Source: a candidate division WOR-3 bacterium
Lineage (GTDB): Bacteria; Hydrothermota; UBA3072; B12-G15
NCBI GenBank assembly: GCA_965649055.1
Contig: CBFGJG010000033.1
Span: 1-22,885, forward strand
Length of the DNA stretch: 22,885 nucleotides
Direction: 5' to 3'
Part shown: positions 1-8,572 of the stretch, piece after piece
Numbering within the stretch: the first letter of the stretch is position 1
How the letters are laid out: every line of letters starts with the position of its first letter
Made by a program: the position numbers and the translations under genes
The notes under the pieces: model-generated
Database searches by the model: none
What the model was told of the DNA's origin: nothing
The model's input: only the letters and a program-made list of their open reading frames with translations

Positions 1-979
1 AAAAATTCGTAACAAGTGGTTGTGCCATATTCATTAAGGATGACCTTAAAATGAAAGAAAGAAATGCAACTGGTAGACTTTTTGTAATACTTAAAATAAA
101 TAGAAAAGGAACAGAAAGTATCTGTGAAATAACTATGGTTATAACCTTACCCCTTTTTTTTGATATGAAAGGTGCAAGAAGCGTTCCAATTATCATTGTT
201 AATTGGGATAAAGAGAAGAAATACCCTATTGTTGAAGTGGATAAAGAGAACCTCTCCCTGAAATAAAGATTTAAGAAAGGGATTGATAGCCCAGCACCAA
301 AACCAACAAGTAAATGTGGTAATGAAAGTTTTATAATGAGCCCTATCTTTGTATGAATTCTGAATATATTGTCACCTTCATCAAAAAGCCTTGCATTTTT
401 TATAGAAAGAAAAGGAATAAGTGAGAATAGTGCAATAAAAAGATGTATTATAATAGCAACCTTCAATCCTGATTCATCTGTTATACTGAATTTTTTTAGA
501 AAAACAGGTAGATTCCCTGCAACGATATTTCCGAGGATACCCGATGTCAATGTTGTGGCAAAATTGAAACTGAAAAGTAGTGTTCTTTCTTCAGGACCAC
601 TCACTTCCATAATCAATGGTCCACCAACACAGGAAAATATTGCAGAACAAATACCTGCTATAATCATTCCAAGAACTATTCTACTCACAGATGCTGATAG
701 CACTGCTATAAGATAACCTGATATAAGACAAAGAACAGTAAATATAAAAATCTTCTTTAGACTGAATTTTCTTATAAGAATGGATGCCGGAATTACCATT
801 AGCATTGTTGAATAAGCACTCACAGAAAGTATTCTCCCGATATTCCCTTCACCAAATCCTTTTGTCTTAAGATAAAGATTGAACAATAAATTGAAACCTG
901 TTATGCCAAAACCATCAATAAAGTTTCCGGAAAGAAAAAGCCATGCATCCCTTGAAAATCCTGGTTTATATATTTTCAT
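1..979 (-). CDS. MFS transporter (runs off the window at its 3' end; absent from the ORF track)
   Basis: Translated by hand from the ATG at 979-977: MKIYKPGFSRDAWLFLSGNFIDGFGITGFNLLFNLYLKTKGFGEGNIGRILSV...GPLIMEVSGPEERTLLFSFNF...LLVGFGAGLSIPFLNLYFRERFSLSTSTIGYFFSLSQLTMIIGTLLAPFISKKRGKV... The two halves are MFS-like, with matching FNLYL/LNLYF segments and a motif-A-like loop. The start overlaps the end of the upstream GT gene by 14 nt. Confidence 0.88.
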   Translation of the reverse strand, partial: MKIYKPGFSRDAWLFLSGNFIDGFGITGFNLLFNLYLKTKGFGEGNIGRILSVSAYSTMLMVIPASILIRKFSLKKIFIFTVLCLISGYLIAVLSASVSRIVLGMIIAGICSAIFSCVGGPLIMEVSGPEERTLLFSFNFATTLTSGILGNIVAGNLPVFLKKFSITDESGLKVAIIIHLFIALFSLIPFLSIKNARLFDEGDNIFRIHTKIGLIIKLSLPHLLVGFGAGLSIPFLNLYFRERFSLSTSTIGYFFSLSQLTMIIGTLLAPFISKKRGKVITIVISQILSVPFLFILSITKSLPVAFLSFILRSSLMNMAQPLVTNF

Positions 980-2024
980 TTATCCTTTCCAAAATATGTC
1001 TTCCCACAACCATTGCATCATGGTATTTCTCAACCCATAACCTTCCATAAAGAGCTTTTTTCCTTCTTAATTCATCATCCTTTATAATCTCTTCAAGTTT
1101 CTCTTTTATGTTTTTATAAGAGGCATTTATAAAAGGATGGTCCGGTATGAATCTTTCATATTCAGGGTTTAAATAAGTAATACATGGTATACCCATACTT
1201 AATGATTCGAGGGAGTTCATACCATAACCAAAACCACCGTAATCTGTTAGCTGGTCTACAAGAATATCACATTCTTCAAACTTTATCTTAAGGACTTCTT
1301 TGTGTGGTAAATTCTCAAGTATCTTTAGTCTTACATGATATTTATCCTTCAATGCTTCATATGCATTTATAAGGAATTCCGTTCCTTTCAAGAATCTATT
1401 TGTAGGTGCCTGACATATGGTTAAATATTCCTTATTCTTAAATTCTTTAAGATTAAATGACCATACATCAAATGGAAGAAAAATATATTCTGCATCCGGA
1501 TGAAATAATGTATGGTCAAACTCAACCGTGAATATTTTATCTGCACATTCTTCAACACATCTTATAATTCCACGGAGTCTTAAATCGCTTCCAAGGTAAA
1601 TAATACCTATTTTTTTACGAATTCTTCTTAATTCCCTTATAATCTCGCAATTCCTTAAGATATCCATACCACCATAGAAAAGGTAAACATCAAAACTCTT
1701 AATAAAATCCATATATCTTGATACCTTTCTTTTCCAGAACTCATCCCTTACAGAGAAAAAAATTTTTTCTGGTATTTTAGGATTAAAGTATTTTAACTCC
1801 TGTTTACCTATTCTTTCGTATGTTCCAAGTTTAAAAAATTTTTTAAGTTTAGAAAAAGTTGAAAGTTTGGAAAATGGAAGATTTAATACAATATCTTCTT
1901 CAAATCCATAGGCATTTTTGAAAAAAGTAATAAGCCTTGCATAATGACCCAATTTTCTATGTGCATTAACCAGTGTTATCGGGACATTTGCAATATTCTC
2001 AGATGAGATATGGAGTATCTTCAT
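966..2024 (-). CDS. GT-B glycosyltransferase, GT4-like
   Basis: N-terminal MKILHI Rossmann strand; APTNRFLKGT; C-terminal CDILVDQL..GFGYGMNSLESLSMGIPCI nucleotide-sugar-binding motif. Confidence 0.85.
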   Translation of the reverse strand: MKILHISSENIANVPITLVNAHRKLGHYARLITFFKNAYGFEEDIVLNLPFSKLSTFSKLKKFFKLGTYERIGKQELKYFNPKIPEKIFFSVRDEFWKRKVSRYMDFIKSFDVYLFYGGMDILRNCEIIRELRRIRKKIGIIYLGSDLRLRGIIRCVEECADKIFTVEFDHTLFHPDAEYIFLPFDVWSFNLKEFKNKEYLTICQAPTNRFLKGTEFLINAYEALKDKYHVRLKILENLPHKEVLKIKFEECDILVDQLTDYGGFGYGMNSLESLSMGIPCITYLNPEYERFIPDHPFINASYKNIKEKLEEIIKDDELRRKKALYGRLWVEKYHDAMVVGRHILERINENI

Positions 2025-2709
2025 AGATATATTTTTTTATCTCATCAGGAGATTTTATCCTGAAAAATTTTATATCCTTTGGGATAAAAACATCCGTTTC
2101 ATCAGTTAAAAACATTGTAACATCCAATCCTCCAAGATATGCCTTTGCAGCTAACTCATTTTTTATAGTATAAAGATGACCTATTTTTTCAATATCTTCT
2201 TCACTTTTGATTTCAATCCATCCTTTCGGTAAATCAGTTTTTATTTCATAAATCCCTTTATTTTTTCTTTTTGTATGTATCCTTTTTATTTTCTTATTCT
2301 CTCCAAGCATACCAAGAACAAAATTTAAATTCCAGATAATATCACCCTTTAATAATATTTCTGATTTTTTCACTTCAGAGAAAGATATTTTTTTTTCAGG
2401 ATTAAATATTTTATTAAAAATATGATTATAATCAGTTATATCGATTGATAAATCAAATTTTAGATTTCTTAAATCTCTTTTAATACCTATTAGTTTTAAA
2501 AAATTTATTTTTTGTGGAATGGTTATTATCTTTACATTATCAAAAGAGTTTATACAATTATTTGTATCATATCCCAAGATTGTTAAATTAAATCTTTCTT
2601 TTAGAATATCAATAAATGGTTTTAGAATTGTTGCTTCAAAAATATGAGAAGGTGGATATATTATTATTTCTTTTATGTTTTCAATCTTTCCGTTTTTAAT
2701 TTTTATCAT
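1999..2709 (-). CDS. Short, degenerate GT9 (heptosyltransferase)-like protein
   Basis: IIIYPPSHIFEATILKPFIDILKERF and LRNLKFDLSIDI resemble the WaaC/WaaF N-terminal domain. It is only 236 aa and the canonical motifs are altered. It overlaps both neighbours, consistent with translational coupling. Confidence 0.5.
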   Translation of the reverse strand: MIKIKNGKIENIKEIIIYPPSHIFEATILKPFIDILKERFNLTILGYDTNNCINSFDNVKIITIPQKINFLKLIGIKRDLRNLKFDLSIDITDYNHIFNKIFNPEKKISFSEVKKSEILLKGDIIWNLNFVLGMLGENKKIKRIHTKRKNKGIYEIKTDLPKGWIEIKSEEDIEKIGHLYTIKNELAAKAYLGGLDVTMFLTDETDVFIPKDIKFFRIKSPDEIKKYIYEDTPYLI

Positions 2710-4217
2710 TTTTTTATTAATATGTATGTCTCGGGTGGGGAGGATTTATAGAATACAAGATATTTATCAGGTTCTTTCATTATCACAGGGATGAGATATC
2801 TTCTTGTTGTTCCTGTCCAGTAAAATGCATCAACAACTATATAATCAGCCTTATTTATGCTTTCTAATATCTTATTTTCGTCATTTATAAACGGATAACA
2901 AAAAGCCTTTCTTTCACTTGCAAGATAGAAAAGTTCAGGTTTCCGAACAAGGAATTTTGCATTTTGAGGTGTATGTTTTCTTGCATATTCAGCAGTCTCA
3001 TAAAATCTTATATAATCAGCTGTATAACCACTATACCTGTTCCCTTGAATATATCCTGAAAGCATTTGAAGATTCTTTAATGAAGAAGGTATCAGATTTA
3101 TAATTGCAGAAGTTATAAAAATTGAAGATGTAATATAGAAAAGCAAATCTCCCTTTATCCCCACTTTCTTTTTTATCCAATCAATAAGAATAAAAAAGAA
3201 GAAAAAAATAAGCGGGAGTAATGGAAGCAGGAATCTATCACTGCTCCATACAGAAGGCCATATAAGGCATAATCCAAAGAAAAAAACAAAATAAATAATA
3301 AAAAGTAAATTTTTCTTATTAAAACCTGTAATTAAACCTGATAGAATTAAAGATAAAAGAATCACACCTGAAATTATATAAATTGGATTGAATTTTATAT
3401 TTATTAGGAATGGGAAGAAAAAACGTGGATTAACTTCAAATAGATAAATCACAAGATTCTGTCCTATTCTTACCAGAAAATCCTTAAATGTTATTGTCCC
3501 TAAAGATAAATCATACATATTTTTTGCAAAAAGCTGTGTTTTGTATCCACCTTCACCACCAATCCTGCTACCCCTTATTATCCATGGTGTTATAATAATG
3601 ATAACAATAATTGAATAAAAAATCAAATCCCTGTATCTTTTGTTAAGAAGAAGGAATAGAAATATAGCAGCGACTAAAGTTATTCCTGCTGTTCTTAAAT
3701 AATAAGGGAATGTGCTTAATATCGAGATAATAAATAATATTTTCAAATTCCATTTCCTTGAATAGATATCACAGAGGTATAATGTGAGAAAAGAGAAAAA
3801 AATAAATGGTATCTCTGTGAGTATCCTGTGTGAATATTCAATGTATGTTGGATTTAGAGCAATTAAAAGGAGTAAAGAATAGAATAAAAATCCCTTTAAT
3901 CTGTTTTTAAATAACAGATAGAATATAAAGAGAGATAATGTTGAAAAGATAATATTTAATATCTTAAAAGGAACTGCATTTTTAATATTTGTAAATAAAA
4001 GTGGAATGGATAAGATAAGAGGATAACCAGGTGGATACTGTGTATGTAAAGGTTCATCAGGCTTATATATATCTCTGTAACCCTTAGATGTTATTAAAGA
4101 TTTTGCAAGTGAAAGGTATATTGCATTATCACCACCGGTATCATGTTTAGGGTCAAACAATAAAATACAAAAAACAATATGTAAAGAAAGTATAATTATT
4201 AAAATCTTGTCTTTCAT
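2706..4217 (-). CDS. GT-C fold membrane glycosyltransferase (ArnT/PMT-like, GT39/GT83-like)
   Basis: About 11-13 hydrophobic helices; acidic GGDNAIY after TM1; YPPGYP; ILTEIPF; YLRTAG; short soluble C-terminal domain. Confidence 0.85.
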   Translation of the reverse strand: MKDKILIIILSLHIVFCILLFDPKHDTGGDNAIYLSLAKSLITSKGYRDIYKPDEPLHTQYPPGYPLILSIPLLFTNIKNAVPFKILNIIFSTLSLFIFYLLFKNRLKGFLFYSLLLLIALNPTYIEYSHRILTEIPFIFFSFLTLYLCDIYSRKWNLKILFIISILSTFPYYLRTAGITLVAAIFLFLLLNKRYRDLIFYSIIVIIIITPWIIRGSRIGGEGGYKTQLFAKNMYDLSLGTITFKDFLVRIGQNLVIYLFEVNPRFFFPFLINIKFNPIYIISGVILLSLILSGLITGFNKKNLLFIIYFVFFFGLCLIWPSVWSSDRFLLPLLPLIFFFFFILIDWIKKKVGIKGDLLFYITSSIFITSAIINLIPSSLKNLQMLSGYIQGNRYSGYTADYIRFYETAEYARKHTPQNAKFLVRKPELFYLASERKAFCYPFINDENKILESINKADYIVVDAFYWTGTTRRYLIPVIMKEPDKYLVFYKSSPPETYILIKK

Positions 4218-4223
4218 AGAGAT

Positions 4224-4252
4224 TTTTTAATACAAAATTATTTAAATGTCAA
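4224..4252 (-). promoter_or_regulatory. Putative sigma70 promoter for the GT-C/GT9/GT4/MFS operon (likely leaderless)
   Basis: TTGACA (4252-4247), N17, TAAAAA (4229-4224), then 6 nt to the ATG at 4217. No SD. Confidence 0.5.
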
Positions 4253-4261
4253 GAAAAATGG

Positions 4262-4289
4262 TTGATTTTTTCGTAAGTTATAATAAGAT
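4262..4289 (+). promoter_or_regulatory. Putative sigma70 promoter for the TPR/DPY19-like/ZIP operon (likely leaderless)
   Basis: TTGATT (4262-4267), N16, TAAGAT (4284-4289), then 6 nt to the ATG at 4296. No SD. A perfect TATAAT also lies at 4279-4284. Confidence 0.45.
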
Positions 4290-4295
4290 AATGTT

Positions 4296-4814
4296 ATGAA
4301 AATTAGATATTCCTATATTTCTTTATCATTATTTTTCATTTTGTTAATATTTTTTCATTTTTTCCCATTCAGTTTTAAAAACAGAATTAAAGATAATTAC
4401 AAATCCGATGAATATTTCAGATTGGGAATTAAAAATATGAATGAAAAAGAAAAAAGCAATGGTATATTTTATTTAAAAGAAACAATAAGGATACAGCCAG
4501 AGTATGCCTTAAACCACTTCTATCTTGGATATTTCCTGTATTTATATGGTGATGTTGATAGCTCAGTAGTTTATTTTAAGAATTGTATTGAAAAAGACCC
4601 CGAATTTTATGATGCTTATTTTTTGCTTGGTAGGATTCTTTGTGAAAAGGGCAAGTTAAGAGAAGGTATCTCGTATCTTGAATCTGCAATTCAACTTAAT
4701 CCGTATTATTTAAATGCATATAAAGAACTTGGAAAATATTTTTTAAAAATAGGCAATCTCGAAGGTTTTAAAGAGGTTCAAAGGAGGATAGATTTACTTG
4801 AAGATAAAAGATAG
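4296..4814 (+). CDS. Membrane-anchored tetratricopeptide repeat protein
   Basis: N-terminal hydrophobic helix followed by 3-4 TPRs (YFRLG...IRIQPEYALNHFYLG...IEKDPEFYDAYFLLG...AIQLNPYYLNAYKELG). Confidence 0.9.
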   Translation: MKIRYSYISLSLFFILLIFFHFFPFSFKNRIKDNYKSDEYFRLGIKNMNEKEKSNGIFYLKETIRIQPEYALNHFYLGYFLYLYGDVDSSVVYFKNCIEKDPEFYDAYFLLGRILCEKGKLREGISYLESAIQLNPYYLNAYKELGKYFLKIGNLEGFKEVQRRIDLLEDKR

Positions 4815-6624
4815 TTTGATTATCATTTCATTGTTTATTTTTCTTTCAGGGGTTAAGTTCCTAAAGGTCTTTAATTCCAAAGGTTTTAATTATAGGGATG
4901 ATACTGGAGTTTACTGGACTGAATCAGCATTTCAGTATAAGATTGCAAAAGAGATTTCCAAAGGAAATTCACTTGAAGATTTTGATAAAAATGCACAATA
5001 CCCTGAAAGATACGGGATTAAAAAAAACATAACAATATTAATGATGTCTATTTCAGGAATTCTTTACAGATTCTTCATTCCAAAAAATATTCCGTTTTTG
5101 CTTTTTCTTACAATATTTATGTGTTTATATTCGTCTTTATCAGTATTCCCACTCTATTTTTTATCTTATGAAATTTACAGAGATAGAAATATTTCTATTC
5201 TTTTAACCTTACTATATTCAGTCTCCCTTTCTTCATATATTACGATTATAAATCTCGGATATGAATTTCAGGATTTTGCAGTCCCATTTATTTTTCTTCA
5301 TCTTTATTTTTTCATTAAAAGCATAAGAACAGATAAATTTATTTATGCATTTTTTTCTGGAATATTTCTTTTAATCGCTCTACTATCCTGGCTTTTGACT
5401 ATATTCTATTTTGTCCTTTTTGTTTTAATCTTGATTATAATTAATTTAATTTATAAAGAATTTAATATTTATCCTTTTTTTATAATTGTTTTAATATTAA
5501 GTATTGGTTCTTTCATATTTCCTGTATTAAGATCAGCAGGTTTTATATATTCTTTACCTATGCTTATCTCATATTCATTCACAGGATACTATTTTCTTCC
5601 TAAAAAAAAGATAATAAGAATCATTTCGCCATTTTTATTCGCACTCATTATAGGAATTATAACAATTTTTGTATCTAAATATAGAATAACAGGTTATGGT
5701 GTTGTTTACAAACTCATAATAGACAGAATAAAAGTCCTTTTTAATTTAGTAAAAAGGGAAGAACTTTCTTATGAAACACTTGTTATGTGGGTCTCCCCAT
5801 TCAGTTCACCATCTTTTAATATGGTTATTCACTCACTTGGTGTTTTGACAATTACAGGTATTTCTGGTTCATTTATTTTATTTGTTGATTTTTTAAAAAA
5901 GAAGGAAAATGTTTTCTTAATACTATCGTATTTTACATTTCTCTTTTTTATACTTTATCTTTTCTTTATAAGGATGGATGTATTCCTTGTTTTCTTCCTT
6001 TCTATCTCTTCAGGAATTCTTTTCAGATTCAAAAAGAAGATTATCTATCCTGTTTTTGTATTTTCAATAATTATCAATCTTTTTTTATTTTTATCATATC
6101 CTTCCGGCTCGAAGGCACCTGAAAGGACTTATCTTATAGATGTCTTAAAGTATATAAGGAATAACACGGAAGAAAACGAACCAATCCTTTCTTTATTCCC
6201 TTTGAGTGCAACAATCCTTGCTTACACAGATAGACCAATAATAGTTCATCCGAAATTTGAGGTTGAGGGAATAATAAAGAAGAATAAGGAATTTGAGATG
6301 TGTTTATTCTTTGAGGAAGAAAGCCTTTATAATTTCTGTAAGAAAAATGGTGCAAGGTATTTTATTTATCAAACTGATATACTTTTATCAGTAAAGAAGG
6401 AATCAGTAAGATACAGAACTCATAATTTTAAAATCGGAAAAGAAAATGTTGCATACAAGATGCATTTCAGGCCTCAAGAACTTAAACATTTCCAGCTATT
6501 ATTCTCAAATCCACATTACAGGGTTTATAAAGTTCAGGAAAATGCTGATTTCAATATAAATTTAGTATATTTAAGAATATACGATGAAAACAGGATAAAA
6601 CTTGAAGATTTCAATATCTATTAA
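4798..6624 (+). CDS. GT-C glycosyltransferase of the STT3/DPY19 superfamily, DPY19-like
   Basis: TTG start with AAGGAGG at 4781-4787, overlapping the TPR gene. About 13 TM segments plus a soluble C-terminal domain (YIRNNTEENEPILS...RPIIVHPKFE...GARYFI). There is no WWDYG motif. Confidence 0.75.
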   Translation: MKIKDSLIIISLFIFLSGVKFLKVFNSKGFNYRDDTGVYWTESAFQYKIAKEISKGNSLEDFDKNAQYPERYGIKKNITILMMSISGILYRFFIPKNIPFLLFLTIFMCLYSSLSVFPLYFLSYEIYRDRNISILLTLLYSVSLSSYITIINLGYEFQDFAVPFIFLHLYFFIKSIRTDKFIYAFFSGIFLLIALLSWLLTIFYFVLFVLILIIINLIYKEFNIYPFFIIVLILSIGSFIFPVLRSAGFIYSLPMLISYSFTGYYFLPKKKIIRIISPFLFALIIGIITIFVSKYRITGYGVVYKLIIDRIKVLFNLVKREELSYETLVMWVSPFSSPSFNMVIHSLGVLTITGISGSFILFVDFLKKKENVFLILSYFTFLFFILYLFFIRMDVFLVFFLSISSGILFRFKKKIIYPVFVFSIIINLFLFLSYPSGSKAPERTYLIDVLKYIRNNTEENEPILSLFPLSATILAYTDRPIIVHPKFEVEGIIKKNKEFEMCLFFEEESLYNFCKKNGARYFIYQTDILLSVKKESVRYRTHNFKIGKENVAYKMHFRPQELKHFQLLFSNPHYRVYKVQENADFNINLVYLRIYDENRIKLEDFNIY

Positions 6625-6633
6625 GGAGGTTTT

Positions 6634-7371
6634 ATGGTATGGTTATTTACTCTAATAAGTGTTATAATCGTAAGCATTGTATCATTTATTGGTATTTTAT
6701 TTGTATTAGCAAAAAATCTTGATAAACTTATATTGATTTTAATCAGTTTTGCAGCAGGTGCATTGATAGGTGATGCATTTATACATCTTATACCTGAAAG
6801 TGTGGAAGAGATAAGTAATATCAGGGTATTCTCTGTTTTGGTTATTTCAGGGATTTTGTTATTCTTTATACTCGAAAAATTTCTATGCTGGAGGCATTGC
6901 CATATACCTACATCAGAAAAACATCCACATCCACTGGCATTTATAAATATAATTGGAGATGGTCTTCACAATTTTATGGATGGTTTAATAATAGGTGCAA
7001 GCTATAGCGTGAATACAATGATAGGTTTAACAACAACCATAGCGGTTATACTCCATGAGATACCACAGGAGATAGGAGATTTTGGGGTTCTGATTTTTGC
7101 AGGGATGAAAAGGAAAAAGGCATTGATATTTAATTTTCTTTCCGCACTAACTGCAATTCTTGGGGCAATAGTTTCACTTATAATAGGACCGAATGTAAAA
7201 AATTATTCAATATATCTTATGCCTATAACAGCAGGTGGCTTTATTTATATTGCCTGTTCAGACCTTATTCCAAGACTTCAGGGATGGCAATTATTAAAAA
7301 CTGTTATAATTCAGTTTTTTGCAATGATAATGGGAATCCTTTTAATGTTTTTTCTTGCCTGTATAGGATGA
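6634..7371 (+). CDS. ZIP family divalent metal transporter (LIV-1-like HExPxEIGD type)
   Basis: GDAFIHLIPE, His-rich loop WRHCHIP..KHPH, GDGLHNFMDG, HEIPQEIGDF. GGAGG SD at 6625-6629. Confidence 0.93.
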   Translation: MVWLFTLISVIIVSIVSFIGILFVLAKNLDKLILILISFAAGALIGDAFIHLIPESVEEISNIRVFSVLVISGILLFFILEKFLCWRHCHIPTSEKHPHPLAFINIIGDGLHNFMDGLIIGASYSVNTMIGLTTTIAVILHEIPQEIGDFGVLIFAGMKRKKALIFNFLSALTAILGAIVSLIIGPNVKNYSIYLMPITAGGFIYIACSDLIPRLQGWQLLKTVIIQFFAMIMGILLMFFLACIG

Positions 7372-7392
7372 ATTTTATAGATTTAAAAATTA

Positions 7393-7420
7393 TTGACATT
7401 AAAGATAAATCAATTATTAT
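7393..7420 (+). promoter_or_regulatory. sigma70 promoter for dgt-lptFG (likely leaderless)
   Basis: TTGACA (7393-7398), N16, TATTAT (7415-7420), then 6 nt to the ATG at 7427. No SD. Confidence 0.7.
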
Positions 7421-7426
7421 AGAAAT

Positions 7427-8572
7427 ATGGAATTCAAAAGGGAAATTGAGAAGATAGAAAACGAAACACTCGCACCATATGCGATGAGAAGTTCAGAGTC
7501 AAAGGGAAGAAGATATAAAGAGGATAAACCAAGATTCAGAACCGATTTTCAAAGGGACAGGGATAGAATCATTCATTCAACTGCATTCAGGAGACTTGAG
7601 TATAAGACACAGGTCTTTGTTAATCATGAAGGGGATTATTACAGAACAAGGCTTACACATACCATTGAAGTCCAGCAGATAGCAAGGACTATTGCAAGGG
7701 CACTTAGACTTAATGAAGATTTAACAGAGGCAATAAGCTTGGCACATGATATTGGCCATACACCGTTTGGTCATGCAGGAGAAGAGAAACTTCACGAGCT
7801 TATGATTGATAAAGGTGGATTTGAACATAATTTACAAGGATTAAGGGTTGTTGATATACTTGAGAAAAAATACCAGGAATTTCCGGGTTTAAATCTTACA
7901 TATGAGACAAGGGAAGGAATAGTAAAGCATAAAACAAGTTATGACCAGCCACAGATACCTGAAGAATTTGAACCCGATAAGAGTCCAACACTTGAGGCAC
8001 AGATAGTAGACCTTGCAGATGAACTTGCATACAATGCGCATGATATAGATGATGGTTTGAAATCAGGGAATATAACACTTCATCAAATACTTGATAGTGT
8101 TCCCTTGTTTAAGGAACTTTATGATAAGACATCACACATTGAAAATACCGAGATGAGGATTTACGAGACAATCAGGGAATTTATAGGGGAACAGACACAC
8201 GACATAATAAATTATTCATATTCGCAGATAAAGAATGCAAATTTTAAGAATGTTGAAGATGTAAGGAATTCGCCTAAGATAGTCAATTTCAGCCCCGAGA
8301 TGAGGGAGAAGAATAAAAAACTAAAAGACTTTCTTTATAAAAATCTATACCAGCATTATAAGGTTGTTAAAATGCAGGAGAAGGCAAAAAGGTATATAGA
8401 TTCACTATTTAAGGTCTATATGGATAATCTAAAGCAACTTCCGCCACAATTCTATGAAATGATTGGTGAATTTCCGCCTGAAAGGGTTGTATGTGATTAT
8501 ATTGCTGGTATGACGGATAGATATTTACAGGATGAATACGAAAGGCTCTTCCTTCCTTTTGCCAAGATGTAG
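7427..8572 (+). CDS. dgt: Deoxyguanosinetriphosphate triphosphohydrolase (HD-domain dNTPase)
   Basis: FQRDRDRIIHSTAFRRLEYKTQVF, RTRLTH, AHDIGHTPFGHAGE, FEHNLQG, DYIAGMTDRY. Confidence 0.95.
   Translation: MEFKREIEKIENETLAPYAMRSSESKGRRYKEDKPRFRTDFQRDRDRIIHSTAFRRLEYKTQVFVNHEGDYYRTRLTHTIEVQQIARTIARALRLNEDLTEAISLAHDIGHTPFGHAGEEKLHELMIDKGGFEHNLQGLRVVDILEKKYQEFPGLNLTYETREGIVKHKTSYDQPQIPEEFEPDKSPTLEAQIVDLADELAYNAHDIDDGLKSGNITLHQILDSVPLFKELYDKTSHIENTEMRIYETIREFIGEQTHDIINYSYSQIKNANFKNVEDVRNSPKIVNFSPEMREKNKKLKDFLYKNLYQHYKVVKMQEKAKRYIDSLFKVYMDNLKQLPPQFYEMIGEFPPERVVCDYIAGMTDRYLQDEYERLFLPFAKM

Noticed and set aside
51..716. Plus-strand ORFs 51-266 and 369-716
   Set aside because: They are antisense shadows of the minus-strand MFS gene, which has a clear family signature.
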